A stretch of 64,000 nt of DNA, from contig NC_042998.1 in NCBI RefSeq assembly GCF_006345805.1, positions 43,400,001-43,464,000 on the forward strand, in the 5' to 3' direction. The notes beneath the pieces were generated by a model, which searched no databases, had not been told where the DNA came from, and was given only the letters and a program-made list of their open reading frames with translations. The DNA comes from Octopus sinensis. Lineage: Eukaryota. Positions 50,094 through 64,000 of the stretch are shown one piece after another (within the stretch, counting starts at the first letter, position 1; each line of letters starts with the position of its first letter). A program made the position numbers and the translations under genes.

Positions 50094-51949
50094 TATATAT
50101 ATATGAAATTGTGTTGTAACCCTCACAATTTATTTTATAATACATTATGGGCATCTAAAAGTAGATCAAAAGAAAACAACACAAGACAAAAAGGCACATA
50201 AGCAACACTTGAAAAAAATGTAGGAGATTTTGAGATCAGGCGTTCAAATATGTTTTATTTTATTCGTAAGACTAACCTTTTTCTTTCTCCTGCCCCTGTC
50301 CCCAAAACTTAATTACATATTTTTCGTGTTCATTGTATCCAATTTTCAATGGATCAATCTCCAGTATAACGCCGTGAGGATTCCTAGCTGGATAACTGAT
50401 TATAAAACGAGAAGACTATTAAAAGAAATCTTAAAATCTGTGATCTAGAATTGTAGCCTAAGCAACCAAATGAGAATTACTTACAAGTATTATTTTTAGC
50501 ATGACAAAAAAGAAGTCACAAGATAAGGCAAGAAATTAATCCCATAAGAGAGTAAAAGAAATACGGCCATAAAATTCTCGGTGTATCGATGTAATAAAAG
50601 AATTAGGGAGGAAAATTGGTATTTATGAATCACATTTCAGTTTACAAACTCGCATTACACTTTTAACGATAGAGCGAATAGATCTCAGCCTATCTAAGTG
50701 AAAGAATGACCGAACTTCGATCTTTGATGAAATGGCGTAGCTTCATAATTCATGCACTAACGATGAGCATCATATCATGGAAAATTGGAATCAGCAAGAC
50801 AAATGTTTTCACAAAACATTCAAAATAAAACAAAATCTAATACATTTTAGTATTTTCTTTAGCGAATTGCAAAGGGAAAAATCGAAATGAATAGTGAGGT
50901 TGCACGCAGAAAAAACGCTTTGATCGTAATTCCATTATTATTACTTAGGGACGTGTATGTGTGCGTATGAGCGCGCGTTTCTATGCTATGTAAAAAGTGG
51001 CAGCGGCAAAAGTCGAAACATGAAGCTTATAACATTCTGTTCAAAGTCATTTATTGGATTAATTTAAACAAAAATAATTGTCTACTATCTTCCTAGTTTC
51101 ACAGTTCAACTTCCTCGATTCTAAATTGTGTCACGGCCTTGAACTAGCAACTACATTAAATTACGTGAGCATAACGTTTACAAATTTTAAATCCTTTTAT
51201 GACATTTAATTGCCTGTCAGTGCGATACCCTTAATTAATTTCAATTAAATAGTGAATTATGGAGCTAGAGATAATTAATTTTCTCTACTACACTCCTATT
51301 CTCGATAGTATATCATTTAATTCTTTTATTACTTCTCTTTTTGCTTCTGGGCACCGTTAGTAAATTAGTAAGTTTATTGTTAACGATACGCTTTCTAAAT
51401 ATTCTTGTATAGGTTTTGTGATATTTTCTTCGTGTATTAGAATTAGTTACGGTGGGTATCCGATACAGCTATTGTTTCTATATTATTTCCAATATAACAT
51501 TAAAGCTGTAGATTAGAGTCAACAAAGTTAAGGTATAGACAGTTTTTACCTAAAAACCTAGGTTCAGTATTTCGTGACACACATGGAATCAATTCTGGCG
51601 TTCCTTTCTCGTTGCTTCGCTAGTTGAATATCAAACGGGGCACAAACGTTGACACGACAATTTTCTGCATGCTCCGTTTTATATATACATTGTCTTAGTT
51701 ATTAAGCCTCTTTTCTGATATTTTAATATTTATTACTAGTTAACCAGGCGACGAACTGGCAGAATAGTCAGCTCACCAGACGAAATCCTTAGCAGTATTA
51801 TACGTCCTGTACTCAAATTCTACTTTTCATCTTATCGGGGGTCAGTGAAATAAGTAGTAGTCGAGTGCTAGCATCGATGTAATCTCCTCCCTCAAAATTT
51901 CAGGCCATGTGCCCATAGTAGAAATGATTATTATTATTATTATTATTAT

Positions 51950-52340
51950 GGCCGTCAGCTTGGCAAGCCTTATTTCAGCTTTAGTTTGCTGGGTTTGAGG
52001 GAATGTGCCAGCTATTCACAGCCAGCAGACAAAGGTGGCACTTGTTTATTGTTCATGCTTCAAGAGCCCTGCGGAAAACTCATGCTGTTCCAAACAATGA
52101 TGACTTTTGTATATTTTCTATCTTTACTTTCGCTCCAATCTTTTTGAGTTGGTACAACTACCAAGTGAGATTTCCAAGTGCAGTGGTCACTGGTGGTATC
52201 ACGTCCACTTTCTTCATTGCCCATATGATGTCTAAGAGTATCGCATATGATGTCTAACTGTTCCAGGTGGTATTTTGATTTGGAGGAGATTGAACCAAAT
52301 GCTCCGATGATAAGTAGTACGACTTAAACGTTTACTACTG
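51950..52340 (-). mobile_element. Old R4/Dong-like 3' fragment
   Basis: VVLLIIGAFGSI. The 3' side abuts (ATT)n at 51926-51948. Confidence 0.5.
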
Positions 52341-52978
52341 AATATTCTACTTGTGTTAATTCTACTTTTAATTCAAGTCATTCTGAGATTTTCACTACAT
52401 CTTTGCAACATATTTGTCTGAAAGATCATTGCTTTATCATGAAATGCATAATATCTAGATTATGATTTTCAAGAAATTATTCTAAATCTCTGAATTTCAA
52501 AGCTCCATAGAAACTTTGGTTAACCATGTTCATTCAGAACCTTTTCTGGTGTATGATTATACCACTCGCTGAAATGTTATTAGAAAATGTATTACAAAAT
52601 GATAAATGAAGCAGTGTTCTAGTATTTGGAGCAGAGAAATACAAGTGTGACGGTTGAGCATATCGGTAAAAATGTTTAATTATCCGCTCATTAAATTTAC
52701 GCTGCAATATAGGTGGGTGATCGATGCAGGTGACGAGAAACAATATGCAGTTAAGTGAGGGCAGGATAAACTTGCAACTCTTAATAATCTCCGAAAACTA
52801 CAAGCCTATACCAGAGCTGTACCTTTTGGAGGGCGCTAAAATATGAATGGCGCAAAGTAAAAGTCACTTGTGAAGCTCTGCTTTGAAGAACTATCCCTCT
52901 TGCTCTTACGGAAAATTATAACAATTCTTCTTCTTCTTCTTCTTCTTCTTCTCATCGTCCTCATTATTATTATTATTA

Positions 52979-53030
<52 letters not shown>

Positions 53031-53044
53031 GTTATCATTTAAAA

Positions 53045-54115
53045 ATAAAATATGGTCCGTTGTCTTCTGCTGAACCGGGGTCATCCCTTGACACTAGGGT
53101 CACAGCAGGTTCTCATCTCATGGAGAGTACGCGGCGTAAAATGTGTGCGGAATCTAGCAACACTATTTTCTGAATTTCCCCTACGTTAACACTGCAAGGG
53201 AGTTTGTTGAGCTGCTTATCAAGGCCTTTTTTAATTAGCTCTAACGCTCCAATCACCACTGGTACTACTACCATCTTTTTCAGAGCCGACAACTGCTTAA
53301 CATCCCAAGCTAAATTGTCATATCTATCGACTTTTCTTTCTTCCTTATCGCATACCTTGTTGTCATCAGGGCATGCTATATCTATAGTCCAGCATCATTT
53401 GTTTTCTTTCTCAATTGACACAATGTGTGGTTCCCTATTCTCTATCTCATGGTCGCACAGCATCGTAAAATCCCAAATGATCTTTGCAATATCATTTTCG
53501 ATGATGCCTTCTGGTTTATGTTCGTACCATCTTTTTGCTCTGTCAAGTCCATACTTGTTGCAAAGTGTCCAATGGACAATCCTTGCTATGTTGTCATGAC
53601 GTGTCTTATATTATGGCGTAATATGCCATACAGCTTCACCACTTTGTCCACAATTTCTACACTTACCACTTTCTGATTTGTTGTCTATTCTGTATTTGAT
53701 GTAATTGGTTCTTAATGCTTGCTCTTAGGAAACAGAGATTAGAGCCTCCGTTTCCGGTTTTAAACCACTTTTAGTCATCCATCTTTTTTCTCCGTCTGTC
53801 TTATCTTCAACATCCCTATGAAATTGTCCATGTATTCTTTTCTTTATCCACCTATTTTCAGTTTCATTTATTCTCAAGTGCTTGTACAATGCTTTATCTT
53901 TGCAATCCTCTATCATACACAAGCCTGACCTTCTTCCATTAATAGCGGTTCTGTGCCATTTTTTACATACCATTCTATGTTGTTTTCTCCTGCTCTAATG
54001 TTATGTTCGCATCCAATCAGTCCTTGTCCCCCACTTTTCCTTGTCACATACAGTCTGCCGACTAGATATGGAGTATCCCATATCTAGTTGGCAACTTCCT
54101 CCATGCGATTACCCC
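53045..54115 (-). mobile_element. R4/Dong-like LINE, 3' portion (zinc knuckle plus REL)
   Basis: HGQFHR, LKPETEALI, CRNCGQSGEAVWHI, RHDNIARIVHW, IIWDF and VPVVIGAL. Flanked by (ATT)n on both sides. Confidence 0.88.
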
Positions 54116-54120
54116 TTTTA

Positions 54121-54190
<70 letters not shown>

Positions 54191-54234
54191 ATTATCATTA
54201 TTATTATTATCATTATTATTATTATTATTCATGG

Positions 54235-55750
54235 TATACGTTAATGTTTTACATTCAGAATCAATGTCCTTAATACCAGTTCACAACTAATTTCCTTGGA
54301 TAACGAGGACCTTTCTTACAATCTTTGCAATCTGAATTAATGCAACTCTCGTAGTAACACGAATTTCAATAAGAGATAAGTCTGTTGGCACGTATAACAG
54401 CTGGGATAACTTTTGTAGAACCCCTCCAAAGACGTCGTATTTCTCTAGCCAAACTCTGGTATTTTCTTTAACTGTTACATTCATGTCCGCAGATATAGCC
54501 ACATCTATGATGATGCACTCTTTTTTACCCTTGTCCAATGCCGCGTGAATTGCAAGATCAGTCTTAATATTAAAACCCCACAAAGCCTTATAGTGATCGT
54601 TCTCTATTACATTTCCTGTCTGATGCTGGTACCATTTCCCCGCCTAATTCAAATCATTTTTACCGTAATATGTCCCAGTGTAGTACGTTGACCCTACAGT
54701 CATGTCTGTGGCTATATTCCTTCTATACCAAAGAACTACAGGAACTTATGTGCAAAACTGATTCCTCTTTCTCATTACATACTCTGCACTTGGCACTTTT
54801 CGCGGATTTGTCTATTTGGGCCTCAATGATATTCGTCTACTGTGACTGGCTTTGAGCAACCATTATGATTCCTTCCGTTTCTTTCTTAATATCTACATTC
54901 TTCCGCTATGACTAAGACGTTCTGTATTTGTCTGAAATACTGACTGTGTAGTTATTTCCCCCAAACATTTCTTACTCGCCCTTTTTTTTCTTGTATTCCG
55001 TTGCCGTCTCCGCATGTATTTTCTCCTCTCTTCTGCCACCTGAAATCAATATCGTCTCGTCTCACATACTTTTCTATATCACATTTTTCTATCTCCACAC
55101 AGACTTCTATTGATACCAGTACTCTCCCTACTTCTTCTGTGCTAGACACTGCCTCTGGAATGTAACGACCCGTACATGGACATTATCTGTCTGATCTTAC
55201 AATCTATGTCTCTTAGTTCTTTCTCAGTCCAGTTTAGGAAAGCAGCAGGATATCGTATTAGAAAGATCGCCCATGTATTTACTGTAAAGATGTTTTTTCC
55301 CGCCATGTACTTTTGAGCCTAGCACCCTTTTTACTCTCCTCAGATACTCCTTTCTCACCTCTTCTTTTCTTGTCAAAGAATTCTACCAGCCTCCAATACA
55401 CCTGGGTACTTGTAACTGTCGCCCTCGTTCATTGCTTGAATAGATGTCTAATTTGGGAGTTTAATCCCTTCTGAATTGGATTCTTTTCCTCGCTTTATCA
55501 CTAGCATCACTCATTTGTCTATTCCAAACCCCATGCCACTATCATCACTTACAACTCTAACAGCCTGGACCAGTGAATCTAAAGCTTTCTCACTTTTGGT
55601 AAATAGTTGTAGGTCATTGATAAACAAGAGGTGGTTTATTTTCTCCTCACGGCCAAATTTGCAGCATGGGTTAACCTCTCTCAAAGTATATTGCCCCTGT
55701 TCACGTCTATCCAAAATGGAGCATTTACTTTTTCGTTTCCGGTGGTAAGG
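54235..55750 (-). mobile_element. Second R4/Dong-like LINE (RT to 3' end), decayed
   Basis: INHLLFINDLQLF...SDDSGMGFGIDK, CIIIDVAISADMNV and IQIAKIVRKVL. Confidence 0.82.
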
Positions 55751-55999
55751 ACGTGTGCAACTGGTCAGGCAATCCATCTGTTGCCAGCGTCCTCTAGATG
55801 AGAGTGGGGGCTTGGCATGCATGGTTGCTAATGCGCAGACAGGCGCTGCAGTAACGCCACCAGCAGAGTTTTCAGGACTGTGAGCCAGTGTGATCTCTAT
55901 TTGTAAGATACGCTTTTCTGCAGCTCATCTCTTAGACGGAGATGCAATCCTGGTTTGAGAAAAGACGAAGATTTGGCGCGTGGCATCTGGTCGGTGGAA

Positions 56000-56480
56000 G
56001 TTCTACAGTAATCTTGAGCTGTTCAGTTTGGTTCTCAAGCCTTCGTTGCCACCATGGGCCTTTGAATTTTGTTTTTATTTTATTTTTCATCCCAGGGGTT
56101 TGACAGCGACAGACGCCATGCACTACATAAGGTTGTTGAGATCTGTTATGCTTTCGATTTATATTTTCGTCAACAGTTCGTTCATCTTTTTCAATACTTT
56201 ATATAGTTTTCCCCTTTCGATTCCTCTCAAGACTGGTAGCCTCTCTTTCCCTATTTCTCGCCTCATTCAGGTGTAATAGTAAGCTTCTTTCTTCTTCTGT
56301 AACAGTCTTTTTTTCCTCCACAGAATAAAATGTGCCTTCATACGGGCAGCTCTTTCTTTTGTGGGAATTTGTTGGTCTCTCTTTTAATCCTTGTTCTTCT
56401 TCGACATTTTGTTCATGTTTAACGTAATCACGTTCACATCCTATCACTATTGTGAAGATCTCCAAAGTGCTTAGCAACAT
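56000..56480 (-). mobile_element. Probable 5' part of an R4/Dong-like ORF
   Basis: Broken frame resembling the pre-RT region (ETNNLIKS, PWWQRRLE), same strand as the adjacent fragments. Confidence 0.5.
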
Positions 56481-58114
56481 TTCATCCACCTTTACTTTCT
56501 GAGTTTAAAATCTGCTGAAGTCGACTTTACCTTTTATCCTTTCGGAGTCGATGAAATAATTACCAGTTGAGCACTGGGATCGATCTTACCGACTTACCCA
56601 ACCCCTAAAATTACTGGTCAGCTGTTGGTTAACTTTTTTTTGCTATTTCTAAAAGGCCTGTTCTTCTGGTACTGGTTTGTTCTCTGTTGGTATCTGGTTT
56701 ATTATTCCAATTTTTTGTTACCTGACACTGCTTTCATCTTTTTTTTTAGTGGCTGACATTGCTTTGATTTTTTTTGTTTGCGTTTCTCTTCTTGAACTAA
56801 CTATAATTCTTCGTTCTTTGCTGTTTGTGTCTTTCCCTCATATCTTCTTTTCCGTTGTTGCATTCATCTTATTATTATTTCTCTGAGATGAAATCCCTCT
56901 AATGCACACCATGCCTTTTTTGTTTTCTTGCCTATTTTATTTGTAACATATCTCTGATCTCTTCTTCATACTTATGTTCTTGTTAATCTGGCCGAAAACC
57001 TCTATTATATCAGTAAAAAACACATTAAAATATCTAATTAAACGACTTTCAGAAGTAACATATACTTTTCTACCTTCTAAGCTCTAGTATCCCATCAGAG
57101 GACATTATTTTTCAATCTTGATAAAATAAGCACCCTGTTTTTATCTTGGCAGGGTCAATGCAATATATTTTAACCTCTCTTTGCGCCAGTATAGGAATAA
57201 ATTATCATTAAATCAGCCTGATTTTTTCTTTGTACACCGGACTTTATTTAGATAAATCCTAGAAGCTGATGAGCTGAGTAACCAATAAATAATCTAAATA
57301 TATTTTAGAAAAGCATTGTCGTAAATTAGTCAGACACTGTTCATATCTCATACGCCACCTATCCGTATACGTAAGTGACTCAAATTAATGAATCTTCTGT
57401 TACTTCTTCGGCAAATACGATGAGGTTTATGCTTGCCGAAAGATGTTATATAATAGTGAAGTATCGTCAGAGTCTTCTCTATTTACTGATAATTGTCACA
57501 CTGACTATTCATTAATCAATAAGCTAATATATTTTCTTCACTGCATATGTGTTTTTTTATAAATACAGTTTTGATGTTTATAGCATTAAATACATTTCAA
57601 ATAACTCATCAGAACATAGACGGAAAAGAAGCTGCCACTTATAATCCAAGTCATGATACGGGATGCAATGTCTGTTGTCCAATCATGTAGTTTTTTTTTT
57701 TCAACTCAGAACACACGAGTAATATTGATGTATTGTTGTAGCTGTATAGGAAGTCTAACGTTTTCAAGATTTAAAGTAAATATAACCTTTTGTTCATATT
57801 GCCTTACTCACTAGTATTTAGTCATATTTCAAAGGAAAGGATGACAAAGAAGGCCACAGAAGAAATCCGGCGGAAAAGGCTTGGACATTGACATCGCTGA
57901 GATAAAGCGGAGAATGGACTTTGCCAATCCCACACATAATGTACGTGTTAGTGTGCACATATATGGTATAAGACACTCACACATTCTACTGAGGTGGACA
58001 CATACAAATTTATAAGACAATTACATTGACAGAGTGGTGCACACACGCGCACATTTATAAATTTATATATACACAGACAAGCTGTCACACATATATAACT
58101 ATAAACTTCTTTAT

Positions 58115-58272
58115 GGAGTGGCTGTGTGGTAAGAACCTTGCTTCCCAACCACATGGCTCCGGGTTCAGCCTCATTGTGTGGCACCTTGGGCGAATCTCTT
58201 CTACTATAGCCCCGGGCCAACCAGAGTCTTGTGAGTGGATTTGGTAGACGGAAACTGAAAAAAGACCATCGT
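58115..58272 (+). mobile_element. Family A SINE, 5' half
   Basis: Head match, followed by a long (AT)n. Confidence 0.8.
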
Positions 58273-58274
58273 AT

Positions 58275-58423
<149 letters not shown>

Positions 58424-58444
58424 TATATATGTATGTATTTACTG

Positions 58445-58704
58445 TAACACCAAAGATGAACCCAAAGCAAGGATTATGGTAGCATTCACCAACTTAAACA
58501 AGGAGACCATCCAGAAGAGTTGCAGGAGATTCCGAAGTCGTTTGGAGGATATGGTTGAAGCCAATGGCTATTTTATTGAATAAATTTACTCTTTAGTATT
58601 TCAAGATATATTTTGATATAATTTTGGTAAATATATCTGTTAAAATGAGATGTCAGTGTTATTTTTGTTTTTGCGTAATTTAGACGATAATTTATTCACT
58701 ACAT

Positions 58705-58705
<1 letters not shown>
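58445..58705 (+). mobile_element. maT-like element, 3' fragment
   Basis: Near-identical to 17300-17554. Confidence 0.75.
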
Positions 58706-58755
<50 letters not shown>

Positions 58756-58951
58756 TATATTATATATATATATGTGTGTGTGTGTGTGTGAGTGTGTGTG
58801 TGAATGTGTGTGTGTGTATTTATGTATGTATGTATGTATGTGCGTGTATGTATATATAAATAAATAAATATGTATGTATATATCTGCATTTTGCAAGTCA
58901 TTAGCGATTTAATAATAAATTATTCCTATATTGTCTCAAATGGGGGTATTA

Positions 58952-59033
<82 letters not shown>

Positions 59034-59324
59034 GTATATGTATATGTATATATATGTGTGTGTGTGTATATGTATATATATATGTGTGTGTGTGTATGTG
59101 CGTGTGTGTGTTGGTTTATTATAGACTCTCTGTCAATCTAGATATCTTATAAACGTGAGTGTCTATATCAGTTGAAAGTGAGACTGTTTTATACAATATA
59201 TTTGATATCTAACACGTAACTTATGTGTGAAGGCTCAGGACTCAGTGGGTAGAGTGTCTGGTTCACTATAATGAGGTAGTGAGTTCGATTCCTGGACCAG
59301 GTTGTTTGCTGTATTCTTTATTTC

Positions 59325-59850
59325 ACGTTTACGGCGTCAACAACAAGGTAGAGGAGTCATGTTGTGGGCTGGTATCATTGGGGACAAACTTGTTGGTCCA
59401 GTCAGAGTGTCTAAAGAGGCTAAAGTGACCGCAGCCGCCTACTGCAATCTCCTGAAGGAGGTCTTGGATCCCTAGCTAGATGACATACTGCTGTCACTTC
59501 TAAGCAATCTTATATTCATGCATGACAACGCTCCCTCTCACTCTGCTGGGACCACCCAAACATTAATAGGGTCTTACAGCATACGAAGTGAAAAGTTGAT
59601 GGTGTGGCCGCTAGTATCCCCGGATCTCAACCCTATTAAAAATCTTCGGTCCATCATTAAACAAAATTTTTATGCCGATGGACACCAATTTTCGTCGAAA
59701 GATGTCTTATGGGTGACCATCAAAGTTGCAGCAAAGGCAGTCCAACCTGCTACTATTAAACAAACGACTGATTTCATGACTAATATGGATTCTGAAGTTA
59801 TCCGTCGAAATGGTGCTCATATGGCAAATATTTCATTATGCCAATAAGTG
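59325..59850 (+). mobile_element. Tc1-like transposase fragment
   Basis: GVMLWAGI, FMHDNAPSH and SPDLNPIKNL. Confidence 0.82.
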
Positions 59851-59927
59851 TTATAATATTATTATATTTCGTTTTTGGATTTGGTTTGCAAGATTCTTTA
59901 TATGAGTTCGTGTGTTGAAGCATATTA

Positions 59928-60178
59928 TGTTGTGTCTGGGGAGAGTCATTTTCTTTTTGTGCCTTATGATGTAACATACTCACCGGTAAAATTACCACTT
60001 ATTTCTTGTTTTTATTTTCCTAAAATTTTCGTTGCGCCTTGAGTCAAGACTATTGAAAAGGTTGCAAGACGCAACGAAAATTTTAGGAAAATAAAAATAA
60101 GAAATAAGTGGAAATTTTACCGGTGAGTGTGTTACATTATAAGGCACAAAAAGAAAATGACTCTCCCCAGACACAACA
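59928..60178. repeat. Near-perfect 251-bp palindrome
   Basis: Arms of ~114 bp around a ~23-nt loop (60042-60064). Confidence 0.92.
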
Positions 60179-60479
60179 GATTATTATTATCGTTTTCTGT
60201 TAAATATGTACACGATGTATGCTTAATATGTATTATTACCCTTCATTTTCTGAAAAAAAAAAGAATGTCTTGATAGGTTATTTTCATTCAAAAGCTATTA
60301 TCGTGGTTCAACCAAAAACTGAAGAACCTGAAATAAAAAAAGAAAGGACGTTACACAGTATATTGAAAACATAACAATGGTGGTGTTGCCATAATGAGCA
60401 AACCTGGTGGGAAAATATTTATAAAAATCGATTCAAAGAAAACCGAGAAATCCTAAATTTCACTCCTAAGCTAATGGCG

Positions 60480-60554
60480 TGGTTCTGGATGTATATATGC
60501 AAGTGTATGTATGTACACGCACACACACACACCTTTGGTGACTTGGTAACTTTT

Positions 60555-60592
<38 letters not shown>

Positions 60593-60628
60593 AATGTATA
60601 TATATGTATATACATATACATACACACA

Positions 60629-60696
<68 letters not shown>

Positions 60697-60950
60697 CACG
60701 TATATATACATATACATATATGTATATATGTCTCTGTGTGTATTTATGTAAATATATATATACATACAAATTTACACATAGATATTATGTGTATCTGTAT
60801 GTATACATACATCCACACACACACACACACATATATATATATGTATATACATACATACATGCATACATACATACATACATACATACATACATACATACAT
60901 ACATACATACATGCATACATACATACATACATACACACAAACATACATAT
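60480..60950. repeat. Compound (AT)n/(CA)n/(TACA)n microsatellite
   Basis: Direct reading. It explains the cluster of low-complexity ORFs. Confidence 0.9.
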
Positions 60951-62009
60951 GCATCAACCTCAAAATGGGGTAATGAATGTAAAAGTAAATACCATATTCG
61001 TTTTTCTATGGTAAGTAGTGGAAACATCCCACCAACCAGACACGTTCATGCTATCCAGGAATTCAAATGCAATTATCGTAAAATCAGAGGCCTATGATCA
61101 CAGACTCAGCGGTTTTTTTTACTAGCTGACGAAAACTAAGCAGCAAAGCCCGATAGAGCAGTCGCTTGCTAAGGGATTGCATTCGACGTAATTCTTTATT
61201 TCAGTCGGCTACTATATATTTTCCATGCCGTAAATTTCCCATGAATTCTACAGAAGATTAGTTAGAAACCTGAGCAAATGAAGAACGCCAGCAATGAGAT
61301 AACCATGGTACCTAGAGCCAAATAAAGATGGCCGTGGTTGACCAGAGACCACAGATAGATCCCTTCCATAGACGAAATATAGTTCAATCCTCGTTTCCTT
61401 ACTCAAGTGAAGCGTGCAGTTTAAGGGGCGAAACGCTTGTGGCTCTGAGATACCGCGGTAGTGTTTCCGGTTCTTGCGACAACTTTAGTCATCAACAGGA
61501 AAAAAATCTGACAATACCTTTGTGCAACTTCTGTAGTTTCTTTGCTAGGCAAAGCATTTCTGATGCTTATTTCTTTGAATACACAGAGGAAGTCGATTGC
61601 ACACTGTGTAAAACCACTTCCTAAACCTATTTCACTGCAAGAAACACCACACGTTTGGTCCCCCTACTCCATCGTCTTATACGGCTTCTGAGGCCTGCAA
61701 GCCATTTCACTCCGATTACAGGTCAACCCTCCAGCACCAGCTCGACTGTCTGGTTGTTGGGACATACAATATGCCGAGTGAGCCAACTGTCTAACTCAGA
61801 CACTGTGCTATACAAGTTGCGTGAAAGAATATGGTGGATATCTCTCTGCTAGACGGGTTTACCTCTACAATCACTCTTGTGGCTAAGTAGGCCTGCCTTT
61901 GAGAAGCAGACATGACCACAGTGGACACAGGAAATAACTTCTGTCGTGCCTTCTTCGGGGAGCGGGATCACATCCTCCAACTTTTCACATACATCGTTTA
62001 ACATACATA

Positions 62010-62226
62010 TGATAGGCAGCTGAAAAGTTACTGGCTTTGGGTAAAAGAAAATACAGGAGGATCATTTAATCATGATTTTATTTAACATATTCCCTTTTCA
62101 GATTCACACGCTTATAGCAGCGGTCCTTCAGTTTTTCTAAACCTCGTAAAAGAACTTGGAAGTTTGGGCCTCAAACCAGGCTTTTTACGACATCTTTGAA
62201 GCCAATATCTTTTCAGCATTCCCTTG
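62010..62226 (-). mobile_element. Mariner-derived MITE, copy of 16382-16597
   Basis: Reverse-complement similarity along its length. Confidence 0.72.
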
Positions 62227-62259
62227 TACATATATACATACCTACATTGTGGCCGATTC

Positions 62260-63955
62260 CCCGTTCTCGAGTATTCCCATCGATTGAAGTATTTGAGAAT
62301 CAGTCTCATGTGTGATCAGCATGGGTGTGGCTTTTCAGACAGGCAAATGACTTACATTCTTTGGCACAGATGTTTCGTACATGCTTACTCACAACAACAG
62401 GAGCCGCTTGTTGGACATCATGCATTTTCATGTGTCGTTTCAAGCTCCCATCTGATAGGCAAACTTTGCCGCATTCATGACATGTTGTTATGCTGTGTAT
62501 GACACAATCCAAGCCAACTCTCTGCCCGTGGCTTATTTTGTGACTATTCAGCCCCGTTTTACTGAAGCAGACATTTCCACATTCATCGCATGTTAGCTCA
62601 CTCTGGCTACCCACGTTTTCTGGAAGTATCACGTTTACATCATTTATGGCATCCGTTATCAACTTCTCGTGATTTCGAGCTTGTGAAATGCTCACTTACA
62701 TAGTAAATTGCTTTCCTTCATCTTGCCCGATCAGTTGCAGTTTCTTTCCAGTTCATTTCCGAGATGTTAACCTTCTTCAACGATGTTTTATGTAGTCTTT
62801 GATACTCAGCTTAGATTTACGAGGTGTCGCTTTCCATTCCTTAATTCGCCATACATGAATTGCTTCGGAGACCTCATTTCTCACCGAGTGACTCACCCAT
62901 CGGTGTCACTGCTGCCAAAAAATTGACTAAGTTCTTCCACAATGAATTTTTTAAGTGCCTCAACATCCCACACATTTTCCAACGCAGACCCAATATACAA
63001 TGTAGACGCTTCTGGTGGTATCCCTTCAACTGTCTCAGGTTCTTTCGGTAGGTTACACTGATCTCACAAGCGTACAAAAGGGAAGACAACCGCACACGCT
63101 ATATAATCATTTTAGTATCAGTGGAGATGCTACTGTGAGACCACAGGCACTTTTCCAACTTTCTGAAAGCATCACTGGCTTTGCTGATTCCAAGCGAGAT
63201 TTCAATGTCATGAGTTCAAAGTGTACTAAAGTTAATACCAGAATACATAGACCTGTCTACAATTATAACTTGAAGACTCTGACATATGCTCGGATATTTG
63301 GTTCCAGGTATGGCCCTCCTGGTGAAAGGCTAATATAAGACAACGACCGTTTTAAAACTTATCGTCAGGCCTAACACAGAACAAGCATTGGAGAAGGAAT
63401 ATGCTGCATATCTTCATGAGTATGAGCAAAGAGATCACAGGTACCTGCATAGTGAAATCCTCTTAACAATGAGGACATGTCTTTTGCATTGGGGCGTTTT
63501 ATGTTGAAACGTTTCCCGAAAGTACGAAACCTGACATATATTCCATGTGGACACTCACTGAAAGCCATTACAAACACAATTGTAAAATACAGTGAAAACA
63601 GCGTTGACAGTGGAATACCGCCTTGTTTGACACCATTGTTCACAGCAACAAGATCAGCCACATTCCCACTAACATTCACCCATGCCTGTATGTTGTCATG
63701 GAATAGAAGTAGAAATGTCACAAATTTATTTGCACACCAAATCATCTTCAGTGGCCCTTGTTTAGCTTAACTGTTTAATGCGTCAAGTGCCTCTGTCAGG
63801 TCAAGTAGCACTTGAAACAAATCCATCCTTTGTTCAATACACTTTTCCAGAAGTTGCCTTGCCGAGAACATCATATCAATCGTATCTCCTTCCTCGTATC
63901 AATCCTCCTCTTCTAAAGGCAAGCAGACACCAGAAGAGCATCATCAGCAATGTGC
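62260..63955 (-). mobile_element. RTE-clade LINE remnant with three C-terminal C2H2-like zinc fingers
   Basis: NNGVKQGG...LFSLYF, LLYACE, YHQKRLHCILGLRW, then CDECGNVC..GLNSHKISH, CHECGKVC..LKRHMKMH and a degenerate third finger. Confidence 0.85.
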
Positions 63956-64000
63956 ATACATACACACACACCACATACATACATATTCTTTTATTCTTTT

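Noticed and set aside
57405-57450. ACGATGA GGT...GCC GAAAG motif
   Set aside because: The core is substituted, and the segment is equally explained by a simple hairpin.
61328-61624. Possible piggyBac C-terminal fragment
   Set aside because: Only vague Cys-rich similarity, with no TIR or TTAA support.

Overview
AT-rich, microsatellite-dense eukaryotic DNA. The SINE and microsatellite make-up looks like an octopus (coleoid cephalopod) genome, which is an inference. The only convincing host genes are two convergent innexin paralogues (23967-25116 +, 37763-38903 -). Each is one large coding exon that starts at an identical phase-2 splice acceptor, and each carries N-glycosylation sequons in its extracellular loops. 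The rest is mostly decayed transposons: several tRNA-headed SINE families, R4/Dong-like, Tx1/L1-like, RTE and Penelope-like retroelements, mariner/Tc1/maT, a hAT element with TSD, MITEs and foldbacks. The ORF track does not show the most striking signal: at least nine type I hammerhead ribozyme (HHR) motifs read by hand on both strands. Four of them are same-strand HHRs of two unrelated families, spaced 610, 591 and 606 nt apart in a non-coding tandem array at 4.6-7.0 kb with retrozyme-like architecture. One lies on the sense strand downstream of innexin 2, and two form an inverted pair. All structures were folded by eye, and no searches or folding programs were run. The near-identical tandem copies could be an assembly artefact.
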